NCBI GenBank assembly: GCA_023334545.1
Contig: JAADVB010000065.1
Coordinates: 1-64,000, forward strand
Length of the DNA: 64,000 bases
Direction: 5' to 3'
Source: Salisapilia sapeloensis CBS 127946
Lineage: Eukaryota; Protista; Oomycota
Of the stretch, positions 12,226 through 27,200 are shown piece by piece; positions within the stretch are counted from its first letter, which is position 1, and the number at the start of each line of letters is the position of its first letter. The notes beneath the pieces are model-generated. The model worked only from the letters and a program-made list of their open reading frames with translations. It was not told the origin of the DNA and did not search any database. A program made the translations under genes and the position numbers.

Positions 12226-15200
12226 ATGTTCATCCAGCGCTACGTGTCCGCACTTGTGGATGCCGTACTGGGTAAATATGTGAAAAACTTGGATCCGGAG
12301 GCGCTCAAGATCAGCGTATGGAGCGGCGCGATTGAGATCGAAGCCGTGGAGCTCCAGCCAGGATTACCCATCCCAGGCCTCCCTGAAGTTCGTGTCGTCC
12401 AAGGAACACTCCATCAACTCAGGATCAATGTTCCGTGGCACAACCTAGCCAATCAACCGATGGAAGTAGCTGTCGAGGACGTGAGTCTGCTATTGGAAGT
12501 CGCTCACGAAGATGAGAACGCTTCATCACATACTGCAGAAGGTAGTGACGGCAAGAGTCAACGCCAAGAAGTACTACAAAGAAAACGTGCTACTATTGAT
12601 GCCATCGAACAGGCCACAAGCTTCCGCGAGCAGCAAAAGACACAGCAAAAGAACTCGAGTAGTGACGAAGGCGGATGGGCAAATAGTTTCTTCCTAAAGC
12701 TGCTTGTGAAGCTAGTCGATAATGTCCAGCTGTCCGTTCAAAGGGTTCACATACGACTGGAAGACCGGCAGTCGAATGTCCAACAGCCGTATGCAGTCGG
12801 CATCACGCTGCAGTCGCTCGTGATGCACTCTGCTGATGAAGATTGGAACTACACGATGGATGTGCGTGGTGGTGGATCTCCATCTGCACTCCTAAGGAAA
12901 AAACTAGAAGTCCATCGCTTTGGCATTTATTGGTCATTGCCGCTGCAGCAGGTGCCTTTAACTGTCTTCGAAGACAGCTTCGCCTTCACACGGCTGATGC
13001 AACGCTGCTTCTGGGCGACGACGCCAGAGCAACTAGCCCATATTCCAGCATTGATAGAGGATAGTGACTATCTGATTGCCCCTCTTTCCTTGTCGATGAA
13101 ACTAACCGTGAACGACGGCGATGGTAAGCTGGCGTTGACTCACCAAGAGCTAAGTGCTCGCGTCTTGTCGAGGCTCGGCACGCCTTGGATGGTCGAGACT
13201 ATCGACATGATCGGAGATGATGCGTGGGATGAATTCGTTCAGTCCATGCCTTCTCTCGCAGGCGGGCGCAAGTATACGTTGGGATTTGTGTTTTCAGAAG
13301 CATGGGCAGTGGCACGTGAGTGGTCGGAAGAAGAGGATGCGATTCCGACGCTAGAGCAGTTCAAACAAGCTCTTTCCAGTTGCCTGCTCTGGTCTGTCGA
13401 AGAAGTGAATCGAGTAGAGCGCAGTATCATCAAGTATCGTGAAGCTGTCGTGCAGGTGATGGACGAGAAAACGACGTACATTGACGCACAAGCAGACATT
13501 GATCATATCAATGTATCACTGTCTAGAGACCAGTACCTCAGCCAACTCTCTTTCGTCTCTTTCTTGACTAGCAGAAGGCGGCGAAAGCGCATTGCTGCCT
13601 TGCATCCAAAGCAAAGTGTGAAACAAAACCCGCGTGCCTGGTGGCGATTTGCAATCGAAGCAGTGTTGCTCGATGTGAGAGAGCGTATCGGTCGAGAAGA
13701 TTGGCGTGTGATGGACCATCAGCGACGTCAGCGGAAAAAGTATATGGAGTTGTATTTGCGTCTGTGGCACAGTTCTAGCTACGCAGCCACGCTCATTTCG
13801 AAAGGCGTGAAAGAAATGAGTAGTGAGGAAGCTGCCACAGCGTTTGACGATCTCGAGTACGAGTTGGAGACACCCAAGCTCTTGAGTCTTCGTCGTGCTG
13901 TTCGCAAAGACATGGCAAAGAAAGAGCTGCTGAAGCCAAAGTCCACCAAGACCTCAGAACAGACACCACAGACGAATGCAACGTGGTGGTCATGGCTTCG
14001 AGGCACTACGTCTTCTCCTCCTTCCCAAAGTGAAGAGAGTGCGTCGACTCCGGAGGATGAAAGGTGGAGCGAACAGGATACAAAGAAGCTTTATGAAGCT
14101 ATTGACTTCCACCCAGAAGAGGAAAGCATTGGCGAAGAAGATACATTGAATGCACAGACTGAGAGCGACTCTGAAAAAGCGTCAAACATGCAGCAGGTAC
14201 AAAAACGTAAAAAGTCCATGGGAGAACAGCAGCGTGTACTCTATCGTGTTCAGTCGACGCTGAAGCAAGCGACGCTGCAGCTCGGATGGAATCGCCACAG
14301 CGGCATGGGCAAACCACGCGACTTGCTACTGGCTGAATTTGACGACATGAACATCCAATTCCTTGTTCGTCCTTCTTCACTAGAAGTCGGTCTGCAGCTC
14401 CACGACGCGTACTTTTGCCAGAACGCATCGGACTTGGCGGATATTGTCAGGAGAGTGAAGCAGCAGTCGGTGTTTTCCACACGAGACTTTTTCCTTGAAC
14501 GCATGGACATGAACGAGATTCTGGAGAACCATCCAGAAGATGTCCAACAGCAGATGAGCAGTGTCCGACTGCGCCACTGCGAGAGGGAGCTGCCGGTGCT
14601 GGATTTAAGTCTTGCCTTGTATAGTGAAGAGCATGACCCAGACGATGCTAACGGCAGCGTCGTGGCAGAGGAAGGAGAGGTGGCCGGGTCGCACGCCACT
14701 GCGCAATACTCTCGAGTCATTCGCGTCTCGCTGGTAACGCAAGCAATCAAGTGCAACATCAACCTCGTCTTCCTGCTCAACCTCATGTCGTTCTTCCAGC
14801 GGCCTGTCAATGTGGACTTGTCTCGACTTGAAAACACGGCGTGGCGCAATGCACAACGGTTGCAGCGGTACAGCACACATCAGCTCAAGGAAGCTCTGGC
14901 GAGACGTACGAAGCTGGAGATGCAGCTGGATGTAGTGTCTCCATGGATCTCTATCGTGCGTGCTTCGGTGGACAAAGAGAAAGAGAGTTCGAGGAGGGTC
15001 GGCATCCTCTTGTTCTTGGGCCATCTGCGAGCGTCGACGTTGCATCCGACCAAGGAGAGACGGTCGAGCATGACGCCTCATACGTTCAGTAATGGAGAAG
15101 GAGACTTGGGCTCTGGCGCACAAGAGTTTATGGTGTCGAGCCCAACGGAAGAGCATCTATACGACGTCATTGATTTCTTTATCTCTGGCGTAGAAGTGCG

Positions 15201-18200
15201 TGTACTAGACAGTGTCCAACAGGATGCAGACGCTTTAACGGGAGATTGGCAGTACTTGCTGGAGAAGACTTCGTTAAAACTGAGCTCGCATTTGAGTGTG
15301 GCACCGAGAGACCCGACTATTCCACTGGTAAAGCTAGTGGGTGACGTCGCGACTGTGCAGCTGAATCTGTCCGCATCGAGCTTTCGCTCCCTCCTTTCGC
15401 TTGTGTACTCGTTCGCATACAACGTTAGCGATTTCAAAGAGCAGAATGCTCAAGTGGAAGAAATAGTGGATGTGGACGAAAACGATCAAGCGAGTAGCAA
15501 GGACACACGCAGTAGTTCTAGCCAAGTGCTACTGTCGCCGCCTCACTCCTCACATGGCATTGCTTCAGCCATGCGGAAGAAGAAGCGAATGGATTTCATG
15601 TCCACAACAGATTCACAGTCTGGGTCTTCCGAGCGGACCTCTGGAGGAGATGACAAGACACCTCTAGATAACGGAGTGCCTTCTTCCCCGACGCATCCAT
15701 TTGCAGCAACCGAGTCGTTCGGGACTGCTGCCACCATCGCTGCGTCCCACGCTGAAAAGGATCTCGAAGATCGAGATTTAATGAAACTATGGAGACGTGT
15801 GCTGTGCCACATGCGGTTCCACGTTGGCGAAATCGTGTTGAGATTACAGGTCAAAGAGATGGATGAACCGGGTACGCATAAGGTGATTGAGGCGAGACTG
15901 GGCGAGATCAACACGCGAGTCAAGATCCGATCGTATGACCGACGTCTCGAGTTTGGACTCGGTACATTTGTCCTGGAAGACATGGTACTTTCCCACTCGA
16001 CGAAAGAAAATGGGAAGCCCAACGTCATTCAAAGGAGGTTCATTATGGAATCAGGAGAAGCTGGGGAGAAGGAGATGCCGAAAAGCACGTCGGAGCATCT
16101 GATTCGATGGGCACTAACGAGTGTGAGCTCAGATGCACCGCTGCCCAAGGACAAAGGTCTATGCAAATACATTGCGTATGAGACACTCGTGCCTGATGCA
16201 ACTGCCAAGTATTCCGTCTGGCAAGATCCGTTGGTGACACCACTCTCGCTTGAAGCTAGCTTGCGCACACTTACGATCCACGTGCGTCAGGACACGATGG
16301 CTGAGATCATCGTCTTTTTTTTCAGTAGCAATCGCCCCACCGAGCCGGAACCTCCGAAAGAGACTGAGTCGTCACCAAAGAAGCGGGCGAGACCAAAGTC
16401 CAATGACCTGCCAGACCTGACGGAGGAAGATTTGCGTTCCGTCTCGTCATCTGACCGCCAAGTGCACGAATCGCTTTCTCGACGTCTTGGCGTGTGGGTA
16501 AAATCTTCGCTTCTTGAGAACGTAGCAGATAGTTCGTATGGATCGGATACAAAGCCTCCATCATGGTCAAAGCAAAGTACTGAAGCTGAGGAAAAAGCGG
16601 ACACTCCAGCACAGGAGGGAGACAAATGGGAAGATTTACCTGCAAAACTACAGCTACGTCTGCATGTAGACGGTCTCACCGTATTTCTGCATCAAGACGA
16701 AAAGGAAGTTGCCGAAGGAGCGTCGTCTGCCATCGTTAGTCTCTCAACGGAAAAGTTCTGTGGGTGCATTCACAAATTTCCGCGTTACATGAACATCTTC
16801 GCATCGCTCAGTTCTTTGAAACTTAGCGATACGTCGCTAACGGACCGCCATCATCGAGAAATCGTTTCACACGCGACGAGTCTCAAGGCGCACGAGAGTC
16901 CTACTCTTGAAAAGGAGTTTGGTCATGTCCCGACGGTTGAAGAAGTGCTGCAGACTTTAGAAGAGATTCCGGCTGTTTTCTCTTGTGCCATGCAGTTCTA
17001 CGGTCCAGATAATATCCAAGAGGCATGGCATCCCGGTTACTCGAACCGCTTCTCCGTGCGTCTCAAGTCCCCTCGTATCCGTGTACTGTACCGTTTCGTC
17101 GACGACATCCGCAACTACTTTTTCAATGGCATCTTGCTCCAAACGGTCATGTCGGTGTGGTATCGTGCTCGTCCTGAAATGTCATGGGAAGGCGATTTTC
17201 AGCTAGCTCAAGTAGCAACTGGACAGTCGTTCCAGTCCCACACAGAGTCGAACGATAAGAGTGGCGGCGAATCAACCGTCTTTGGCTCGGACGTGGTGTC
17301 CATGTTCCCTCTCTTAGACGTACAAATGGATGATGCTGTCTTGGAAATGCCACCGCATCGTGTGTCGTCTGAGGCTCTCATCTTACGTTACGACCGCTTC
17401 AAGTTCTCCAATGTTCACGTCTTGAACGAGTATGCTGATATGGATAATCGTGTGCTGGCGAAGGTGCTTTTGAATTCTTCCTTGTCACAGCTCAAGATGG
17501 AAGTTTCGACCTTGCGTATCGTGTCAAATATTCTACTCTTTACGGATGATGCACCAGGAATGAATTCAGGCGGAAGTTTCATGGAACAGAGTCTGCTAGG
17601 GTCCACGGACATTCATCTCGACATTAATTTGCGCACACTGTCAGCCATCAAAGTAGATATTGACTTCACGCCAGTACGTCTCGTGTGCAATCAAGAACAG
17701 TACGCCTTCCTCCTCCGAGTACCCTTCCAAAACCTACAAGAGCGTAGTCGCTATCGCTTCCCGATGCGATCGGCCGTAGAGCTACAGCATTTGCTAACTC
17801 GCGGTGGGAACCCTGAACGTCCGACCACACCACCGCCTTCAGAGCACTTTGAGGCCTCTGGTTTTTCGACGATGACAGGAGACATCATTACATCGATCAC
17901 ATCGGAAGTAGGAGAGGAGTCTGAAGACGATGCGTTTGACGAAGTGGGAGAGCAAGACGAGAAGCATGCGACTGTGGTGATCATCGTTCCTGAACTCACG
18001 ATGGAACTTTTGCGTGGATACCAGGGATACCAACCGTCCAGTAGTGGCGATTTGTCCATGGCAGACAAGGATAAAAAGTACCAAGGCTCGATTTGTGTCT
18101 TGGATTTCACCAAGTGCCGCACGCAGGTCGGCTATGCCTTCACCACGCGCAGGTTGGAGTCAGAGGTTACTATTGACGGCATCCATGTCCGTGATTCTCG

Positions 18201-21200
18201 AGCAGAGTCTCATATCTCTGAATCGTATCGCGATGTTGTCGTCTTTGAACAGCCTAGTGAAGACGAGTGGGATATGCTCAAGCAGACCAAGTCAGTACAA
18301 ATTCGCTTCGTGAAGGAAACTCGACAAGTGGAGGCAGGTAGTATCAAGCTGGAAGCGAGTGACAACAAGGAGGTACCTTCTGGAAGCCAAGATCACAGTC
18401 GTGGCAATAGCAATCTCTCTAATCCACCTTCTTCCTCCGAGACGAGGGAGAAAATGACGTCATCGAACCACGTACAAAGCTCAACGCGTAGTCGCGGAGG
18501 GCTTCGTAAGAGGAACACTTTGGCAGACTCCGTGACGGAACGCTCCAAGCTCTCTAATTCCCACTCTCGGCTTGTGTACGGTCGAGACATTGCGGAGTCA
18601 AGTGCGATCAGTCAACGGCTGCCAGGTAGACCTTTAGTCGATGAGAATCGAATGGAGTTGAATGTCGATGTACTCGGTTTCCGAGTCATTCCATCCAATA
18701 TTCACTACGATATTGTGCGCTTTGTACTGCATCGCGTCAGTAGTGCTGCTTATGACAGCGACAACGAAAGCACGACGAGCCGTAGCGATGGGAGAAGCAG
18801 TGAGTCCGGGGAAGACGGAGACGAGGATGAAGTCATCGATAGCGAGCAGTTGCTACCGTCCTATCGACTTATCTCGATCAATCTGACGCTCGGTCCATCG
18901 GCAGTACTGCTCGTAGAAGATCCATTTCGACAAAAGTCTCGTGCACTACGCTTTTCATGGGACGCGTCACTCTCGCTAGACTACTTGCGAACGATATACC
19001 CTAATGAATATATGGGGATTCAAGACTTCGACTGGATGGTGGACCGGAACCAAGTCTTTTTCAAGGGAGACATTAACAACATCCATGCCACGTCGAGGTT
19101 GTCGAAAGATAGCGTGTGGGCTGGAGGCGGCAATTTCTCTGCTGCAACGGCAGACTGTTTAAAACCTATCGGTCTTGGGTTCGAAATTCAAATGGACCTC
19201 GCCACTAGCTTTTTAGATTGTCGTGTCGCCTTTGATCGTATCATGGACCTTCGATTCGGGTACCTGGACTTTTGCACGACGTACGCTGCCTTGGAAAGCA
19301 TTTTGCGCATGTCGAGGTCTCGGTACGACAGTGAGAGTGAAGGTGCGAAGCGACCACGAGCGCACTCTTCATCCTCTGTGTCGTCCGCTACGAACGTCGA
19401 CCGATCCCCACCGTCTTCATCGTCCTCCTCTTCTGCTTCCGGCATGAATGCGTCGATGTATCGTACCGGATTGGCCGGCTCTCGAAAGAGATCCAACAGT
19501 GCGACGACCAAGTACGGCACTTCTCTAATCTACTTGATCTCTGCTAGCTTCCGCGGTCGTCTACAGACACGTCCTGTCGTTGGCATCTACAACTCTCCGT
19601 GGCGTAAGCGGTATCTAGTACTTCCGTACACGCCACAAGAGAGAAATCTAGTCGAAAGCGTCGCCTTCCGGATCCTGCCGGCACCAGGAAGCACGAAAGA
19701 GATTGGAGATGAAGTATACTATGGAGATCGGATCATCCTCGAAGTCGTTCCAAACCAGACCGAAGATATGTCTGCTCAGAAATCTCTTCGTAGCAATGCT
19801 GATGGACTCCAGCATCAAATGAGCTCCAGTCGATCACCTGAAGCAGGAGGTTTGTTAAGTGCTTCGATGACAGAGGACGCCAGTGCTCGGCGAATGCTAA
19901 TCAGCAAATACGACCGCCTTGGTGCTAATGGATACTTGGGTCTCGACGGTGCTGCTGGAACGTTTGAGACGACGATATGGAAGCACGGAACGACCGTATT
20001 CAACTCGGAGAAGAGCGTCGTGTTCGATCGAGATGTCATTGCGCTGGAAGAGATGACCATCTACCGTACATTCAGTCGTGCCGTGAAGAACCAGACCAGT
20101 CGAACGCCGGGTAATCGACAGCAGCCTGTACAATTTGGTTCGAGAGGAAAGAAAAAGCCTGATATGCAGGAGCTTACAGACTTGATGGGGACGAGTGCAA
20201 AGGAAGGTGGGGGCTATCTCATGTTCAATGGAGTTGGAGACGCACCGATTCCGTTCGCTTTGTCTATATCGACAGAACCGACGAAAGTAAACGATTCAGC
20301 GGAAACAACGAACGAGAATGAAACGAAGAAGAGAAGTGACTCATCCGATACAATGGACAAGGCCAAGCTTCCAGCAAAGACTCTTTTGGACAATTTGAAG
20401 GTCATCGAGTTCTCTCTACCCGGTGTCAACGCTACCATTGTCAACGATTATAACAACATGCTACTGCCGTTGCTTCACCTACGTGTGTCGAATTTGCATC
20501 TGGACGTGCGTGGTCAGCTCGACCAGCGCTTCAGTGCTCTCGCTCAACTCCGTTGTGGCGTTCAAGCATACAACTCCCAACTGGCTGTATGGGAGCCGTT
20601 TGTCGAAGACTTTAACGTCGATGCAGCATTACACGGTCGAGGCGGAGCACTATGTGACTACTGTCTGTCTGAACGACAGCAAGTGTCGCCCACTGGCATC
20701 AAGCTCCAGTGCGCTGGTCTCCCAACATGTCTTTTCCGCCCTGCCCGCACAGAAGTCTTCACTGAGGCACTCGCGCACTCGTGGCAGTCCAAGCATTTCA
20801 TCTACCGAGAGCTACTCCACCGATCGGATGGAGACGACGGGACAGTTACGGACGCAAACACGTTCGTGCTCGTCATCAAAGAGGACTTGAACATCAATCT
20901 TTCTCGCAACGTTGTGAACGTAATGCTGCACTTTGTAGCTCTTGTGACGCGCGTCGCTCCATCCGATGAGAGGTTGGCGATGCGTCTTGGTCCGTTCATC
21001 TACGTTGACAACAAGTCAGGTATCCCATTCCGTGTGGCACGCAATCAGTCCTCTGCATCAGGTCCACCACCTTCGGATGGTGTAAATCTCTTCAACAAGA
21101 GTCGGAATGAACTGCAGGATATGGTTCAGCCATCACTAGAGCAAGGTTTGGCGTCACCAACAGCTGACTGGATCACTGCCGAGAGTGGAGAACGAGTTGC

Positions 21201-24200
21201 AACCAATATCGTCGCACATGAAGCGCCTGCCGGGAGTGTCACGTCACCATTGCGTCGACTACTATGGTTGAAGCCACTTCCACCTTCCACCGAGAACTCG
21301 TCGCCACAGTCCACCACTTCGTCTTCATCTGCGACGAACAAGGCGGTGCCGGTGCCAATTGGATACTCCAATCGTAGTTTCCTCCACCTTGATAATGCGC
21401 ATGGATCATCTCAAGACCCATGGCGAGGGGAAAGCATCATTTGTGAAACTGTTGCAGAGCAAGGCACGCTAGTTCTTCGTCTGCGTAGTAAAGTCCAGAT
21501 CGCAAACTACTTATCTGTACCTGTCGAACTTGTCTATAACAATGGAGAATACCGTGAAGTCGTTTCTCCGAGCGGAGAGAAGCATGCGCACTACGTACCA
21601 GTGCAATTCCTCTCTCAAGGTGAAATTGCTTTCTGTCCGATGCTCGAAGGTGGTAGGCTACACAAGTCCAACTCGTTCCGGATCGAGTCCCTAGTTCAAC
21701 CCCCGGACACGCAAAAGATAACTCGGACGCAAAGCAAGTCGACCGCTCATGCTAAACGCGAGCCGGCCAAGATGAGACGTGCCCTTACTTTCTACTGGGA
21801 CGTCCATCCGGAAGCAGATACCGACGAGTCATTCGAAGCTGGACGGCCGCCGTTCCAGCTCGTGTTGTCGGCATCTCGGAAGGCGAATCGTCATGAGACG
21901 CACATCTCACTACGTGCTCCAGTGCAGCTAGAAAACTTGATCCCTTTCTCTCTCCTCTACCGGACAGTGTGCCTTAAATCCGAATCGGATGTCGGGTGGA
22001 TCGAAGGGAACGAAGAATCTTTCACTGGTACACACGGCCGCATTGCGTCTGGTGATCATGCTCATATTTCTGAACTGGAGATGCTCATGGATGGACGAGG
22101 TGAAAGCATGCAAGAGCTAGAGACACCGACAGTAGTGGCGCTCAGCGTCAGTCTCCCTGAAGTCCGAAAGGGGCTTTACAGTCAATGGAAGTACGGCACT
22201 TTCGTGTACGGCACAGCTTCCGTCGCGAGGCGTCTTGAACTTGATTTAGGTCCGTCCTACACGGAGGATGGGTCTGCACGACAGTTGGGGAAGCTACCGA
22301 TATGTGTCGAGGTAGAGCCTGTGGACAAAGCCCGGTCGATTGACGCGAAAGAGCAGATCGTCGACCCGCTAGCTCCAGTTATCGTACGACTGTATTGCGA
22401 GTACTGGCTCATCGATCGCACTGGCCTCGGTCTTCACTTTTATACACCATCAGGCGCGAGAATCACGACCGGTCGGACGAAACGTGTGACAGCAATGGAT
22501 GAGGAGTCCACAGACGGTGTGACGGCATCGAGTGTCTCGCTTGCAGTGTACTCTGGTGAGCCTAGTCAGAAGCTCTCTCGAATGAAGATCGGCGTCCCCA
22601 GCACACGAGGTCGAGAGGAAGTCCGGTCTGAAGTGTTTGACACAGGCGCAGTGGGCATCCGAGGCCAGGTGCTCGTGCCGTCATCATCCATGCAGACGCG
22701 GCGACTGGAGCAGACAACAGCAGGCGCAGCGTTGTTTAGTATCGGCGAAGACACGCCTGCCTCCAACGGCTCGACGACAGCAGCGCAGATGGATTTGTTT
22801 AAACAGCACGAGTTTGGTGTCATCGTAGAGCAAGGTCCTGCCAAATTCTCTCGCTCCAAAGTCGTGACATTAGTTCATCGTCATTACTTTGTGAATTCAT
22901 CCGACCGGTTCCAAGTTCACATTCGTCAGGAAGGCAGTTTAGATGAACGAGCGATCGTTCGTCTCGGACCACGCGAAAGTAACTATTTCCACTGGAGTGA
23001 CTCGAGACTGAGAGCAAGAGTACAGGTGCGTTTTGTACTTCCTGAATACGCAACTCAGGATGATGGAGAGAACAAACGGGCGATTGGAAATACGTCCGAG
23101 TGGAGCTCTCCATTCGAACTGTCATCCGTAGGAAACTTTGTATTGCGTCTGAAGAAGCCGCTGCAACGAGCCCCATCCTACTTGCCTCAATGCTTGGACG
23201 ATCGAAAGTACAAAGAGAGTCATCCGGAGGACTACATCGATGAGCTTGACGTGTACTATGAAGAGCGACAGATGCTGTCGAGCGGCCTTAAGCTCTCTGT
23301 CGCAGTCGAACTGCACGATCCGTCCGTCGTGGTGTACCTAGAGGAAGGAGAGAAGCTCGAAGCTCCTCCACCATCTGGTAATACCGACCCAGATTTGGAA
23401 ATGGCTGTCGAGGCATCACGTGATGAAGGCAATAGGAGCGCATTTGTACCGTTTAAAATCAAGAACGAATGTAGCAACCTGGAGCTCGTGGTCTGGCAGA
23501 AGACACTTGCAGGTGATGCACACACTGGTTTGCGCGTTGGATTTGAAGGGGGCGACCTCGTAAGACCTTTCCAGACTGTTGACTACGTTCCGTACGCCTT
23601 TGCAGGGCAGCCTTGTGTCTTTGTCCAAGTCCAGACATCAATTGGTCTAGATGATGACAAGGACGCAAGCGACAAGAAAAGTAAGCGCAACGCGAAGAGA
23701 CGGCGTAGACGGCGTAATTCTGGGGATCCACTAGGTGCTAGCGCTTCGCTCCCGAGTGGGACCAATACACAGGTCCTCACGAGCTTTGAGATTCAGCTGA
23801 ACAAGCTCCATCGACTACCCACGATGGATCTATCAGATAAGAAAACCAAGAGACGGCTGTGGGTCGAAGTGCGTTTGGACGAGACTGCAAAGACTCTGCT
23901 GGTGACAGACATGCTCCCGGGCGACTCCAGCGAACACAAGCGTCGACGTCGAGCCACACTGCTGCGTAGTTGGAAGAGATATAATGCTGCAGTCCTCTCC
24001 CTATCTCGTTTAATTGCAGCCCATAGCTCGACGTACGATCAGCCGGATATGTTTGAGTCCATGAACGAAGGTGATGAAGGCTTTAGTCGAAACAGTCGAA
24101 AGCATGTGCACTTTGCTGGGTACAGTCCAGAGAAGATTGACGAGCAGCAGCTAGATATGTACCCAGCATTTTCTGGAGTGACACGAGATCGAACGGTCGA

Positions 24201-27200
24201 AACTGACACTCAGAACGCCAAGATCGCGCTATGTGTACGTCTGGTGCATGTACTCAAGCTAGAAGAACTGTATCGACGTCACGGAACGACGGATTGGGCT
24301 TCCTGTAGACCGTACGTTACCATTCGTTTGGAAACAACCGGACAGCATACGGAGAGCAAGATCTATCCGCAGGCAGCCGCGATCCTTCCTCGATGGGTGC
24401 CTATTTTAACAGACAAGAAGAAGGCACCGTCCCCAGAACTCCAGCTTCTCATTGGTGCTGGTGACGACAAGCTAGATGCAACGCTCGTGATCGAGATCAG
24501 AGAACCTGATCGATATCTCTTCGGATCGACGCTCCTATCCGTCCTCGAAATGCCACTCCAAAAGTATTTGGAGAACGTCCGGACGTCACAGCATACCTAT
24601 GAACCGTTGTCAGCGCTTCAATTCTTGGCACCTGTGGAGATGGGCGACCAGAGCGAAGACAAGACGATGATCCGGTTGGAAATGTGTGCAGAGTACTATC
24701 CTCCAGGCTCCTTACAAGACTCAGATGAGAGCGTAGACGCGTTCGAACGGGTGCAACGTGCCATGCGACTAGCCCGCATCAAACGTCAGTTGGAAAGCCT
24801 TCGCAAGTCTCGCACTGATTTGCGCGGTCTTTTGGAGAAGGAGGCCGTCGACATCTCCACCGGTCACCATGACAAACACCTCCCCTCTGTCAGCACTGCC
24901 GCTTCTGTCGCGTCCAAGACAGTGTCGAGCGATAAGAAGATCCACAGATCAAGACGAACGTCCTTGTCGGAAATGTCAGACACGTCCAGTGTGACGAGTA
25001 TGTCGGTCGCATCATCCGTCGCGACGGAGGAAAGCAAAAGCTCGGACGACGCCTACGATGATTTGCGTGACGAACGCCAGCTCACTGCTGTCATGATCGG
25101 AGTGTCGAACCTACAAGTACCTGCATCCATGGTACGCCGTAGCGGACGCCGTGTGTACGGCAGTACGGAGCGCAAGGAAGTTCGTGAACCAAAGGTTTAC
25201 TGCACCATCACGTACAAGGAGTCGACTCGATCTGCCATGTCTGCCGTAGCAAAGCGTTCTAGCGAGAGTGAAGCAAAGAACGAGTTGGATGCGAATACTG
25301 GTGACGGCAGTGAGAGTAGTGCCGATAGCTCTCCCGACCGTCATCGTCACGTGCGCACGTATGAGTTTGCTAAAGGCCAGCGTCTGGGACTAGACCTCGT
25401 CTACCAGAATGGTCGAGTGCTCGTCCAAGGTGTTCTGTGTGGTGACGCTTGTGGACAGCTGCTTCATGAAGGCAAAGTTCGGATCGGAGATACGGTCGTC
25501 GCTGTGGATGGCCAGACAATTGTGAATCTGCATCGAGAAGCGTCCTTCCGAGCGATTGAAAAGGCGAGACAGCTTGGAACTGTTGATGAAGAGAGGGAAG
25601 AGGAAGCTCCAACGACATTTACGTTGTCTTTCTTGGACCAGCCGATGAGCCAGCGACCGACGTGGAGATCGCAGGAGTCTATCGAACGATCTGATGAAGA
25701 TCGAGGGAAGGAGGAAGAGGAGGAGATGGCAGGGTATGATGCCGAGTGGAATCGACGAGTAGAGTTTGTAGAAACTGCTCCATCGGCTGGTGATCGAACG
25801 TCTACTGCAACCAAGGAAGAATCGGTCCTGGTGCGGGTGTACCTTCGGAATGACGCTGTGGACCACGGACTATCAAACGCACAAGAGTCGAGCGTCGTGC
25901 CGTTCCTCTACTTCTTCGGAGATGACTCGACAATGGATCACTTGGACCATAGCAAACAGGATTCGAGGTTTGATGAGCTCTTGGGTGAGTGCTGGGTTCC
26001 ATTGCCTCCATTCAATACAGGCGACGCAACCTCAGCATTTGAAAATGCAGAGAGCGTCTTGTCCAGCGCAGTCGACCCACTGTCGATTGACTCTTCCCCT
26101 GATTCTGCTTTCTACGAACGAGTTTGTGCGTTGTATCTGCCACGCACGAGGTCTGGGCAGTCCAGCCGGAGGATGATGACGATGATCGGAGAGCTACGAC
26201 TTGCGCTCAAGTGGGACCTATTGGACCCGCTGGCTACGGCTAAAAGTAAGGAGGATCTGCGTATCTACAGCCAGATCGAGATGGCACACGTGTGTGTGTC
26301 TGTGATCGATGACGCTTCTTCATCTGCTCCTAGCAGCTCGTCCGGTCAAGCCCAGGAAGTGCTGAATATCTCCATGTCGAATAAGTTCGCGGATGCAGGC
26401 ATACAGCTGAGCTACGCATACATGAGTAGTGGTAAGCACGTGTTGAATGCTTCCGTCGGGCACTTCCAAATCGACAACCAGATGCTCGATACGGACTATC
26501 CTGTCTTTCTGCACCCCATGCGCTTGATCGACAATCAAGTGGAGCAGAGTGCACCGGATGAAGACGGCGCGGATACATCGCCTAGCATCCGTCTTCTACC
26601 GACGTTCCAGCTCATGACTGTCTTTGGCACCGAACCTGGCGTCGCCCGATTCGACTACATCTTTGCTCAACTGCAGGAGCTGGAGATCAAGCTGGAAGAC
26701 TCTACGTTAGTCGCACTTGCACATGTGCTGAGAGGTGTGAACTGGGGACTCCTGGACACTTCGTCTGGAAACTCGCAGCATGAGCGTCAGCCGTCTAAGT
26801 CCTTTGCCGACGACATGACTGGCACTGGTGCCGGCTACGAGACATCCGAGGATCAGCCAGAGCTGAACCTAGCGCTCCGACTGCTGGAGAAGGAATGGTC
26901 GTCTCCTGTCCGTATCCTCGCGTCTTCTGCCGGTGCCATGACCATCTCATCTTCGGCTGAAAGCCACCACACTGGTACGACCAAGGTGTTATTGCGATGG
27001 CTACTCCTGTGTCCAGTTAAAGTCAATGTGACATTTACAAGCACAGCGGATCGAGCTCGACTGCTTTCACTCTTATCGCCCGACATGTCGTCCACACTAC
27101 GTGCCGTCATCAGTGCTGCAGCGGCACTCATGTCGAACTTGGACCAAGCTCCAATCAAGATTCCAGAGTTTTACGTTGAAAACTTGCTCGAAACGACACG

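Noticed and set aside
17914-17943. FFAT-like EESEDDAFDE in VPS13
   Set aside because: Lacks the two core aromatic residues; too weak to call
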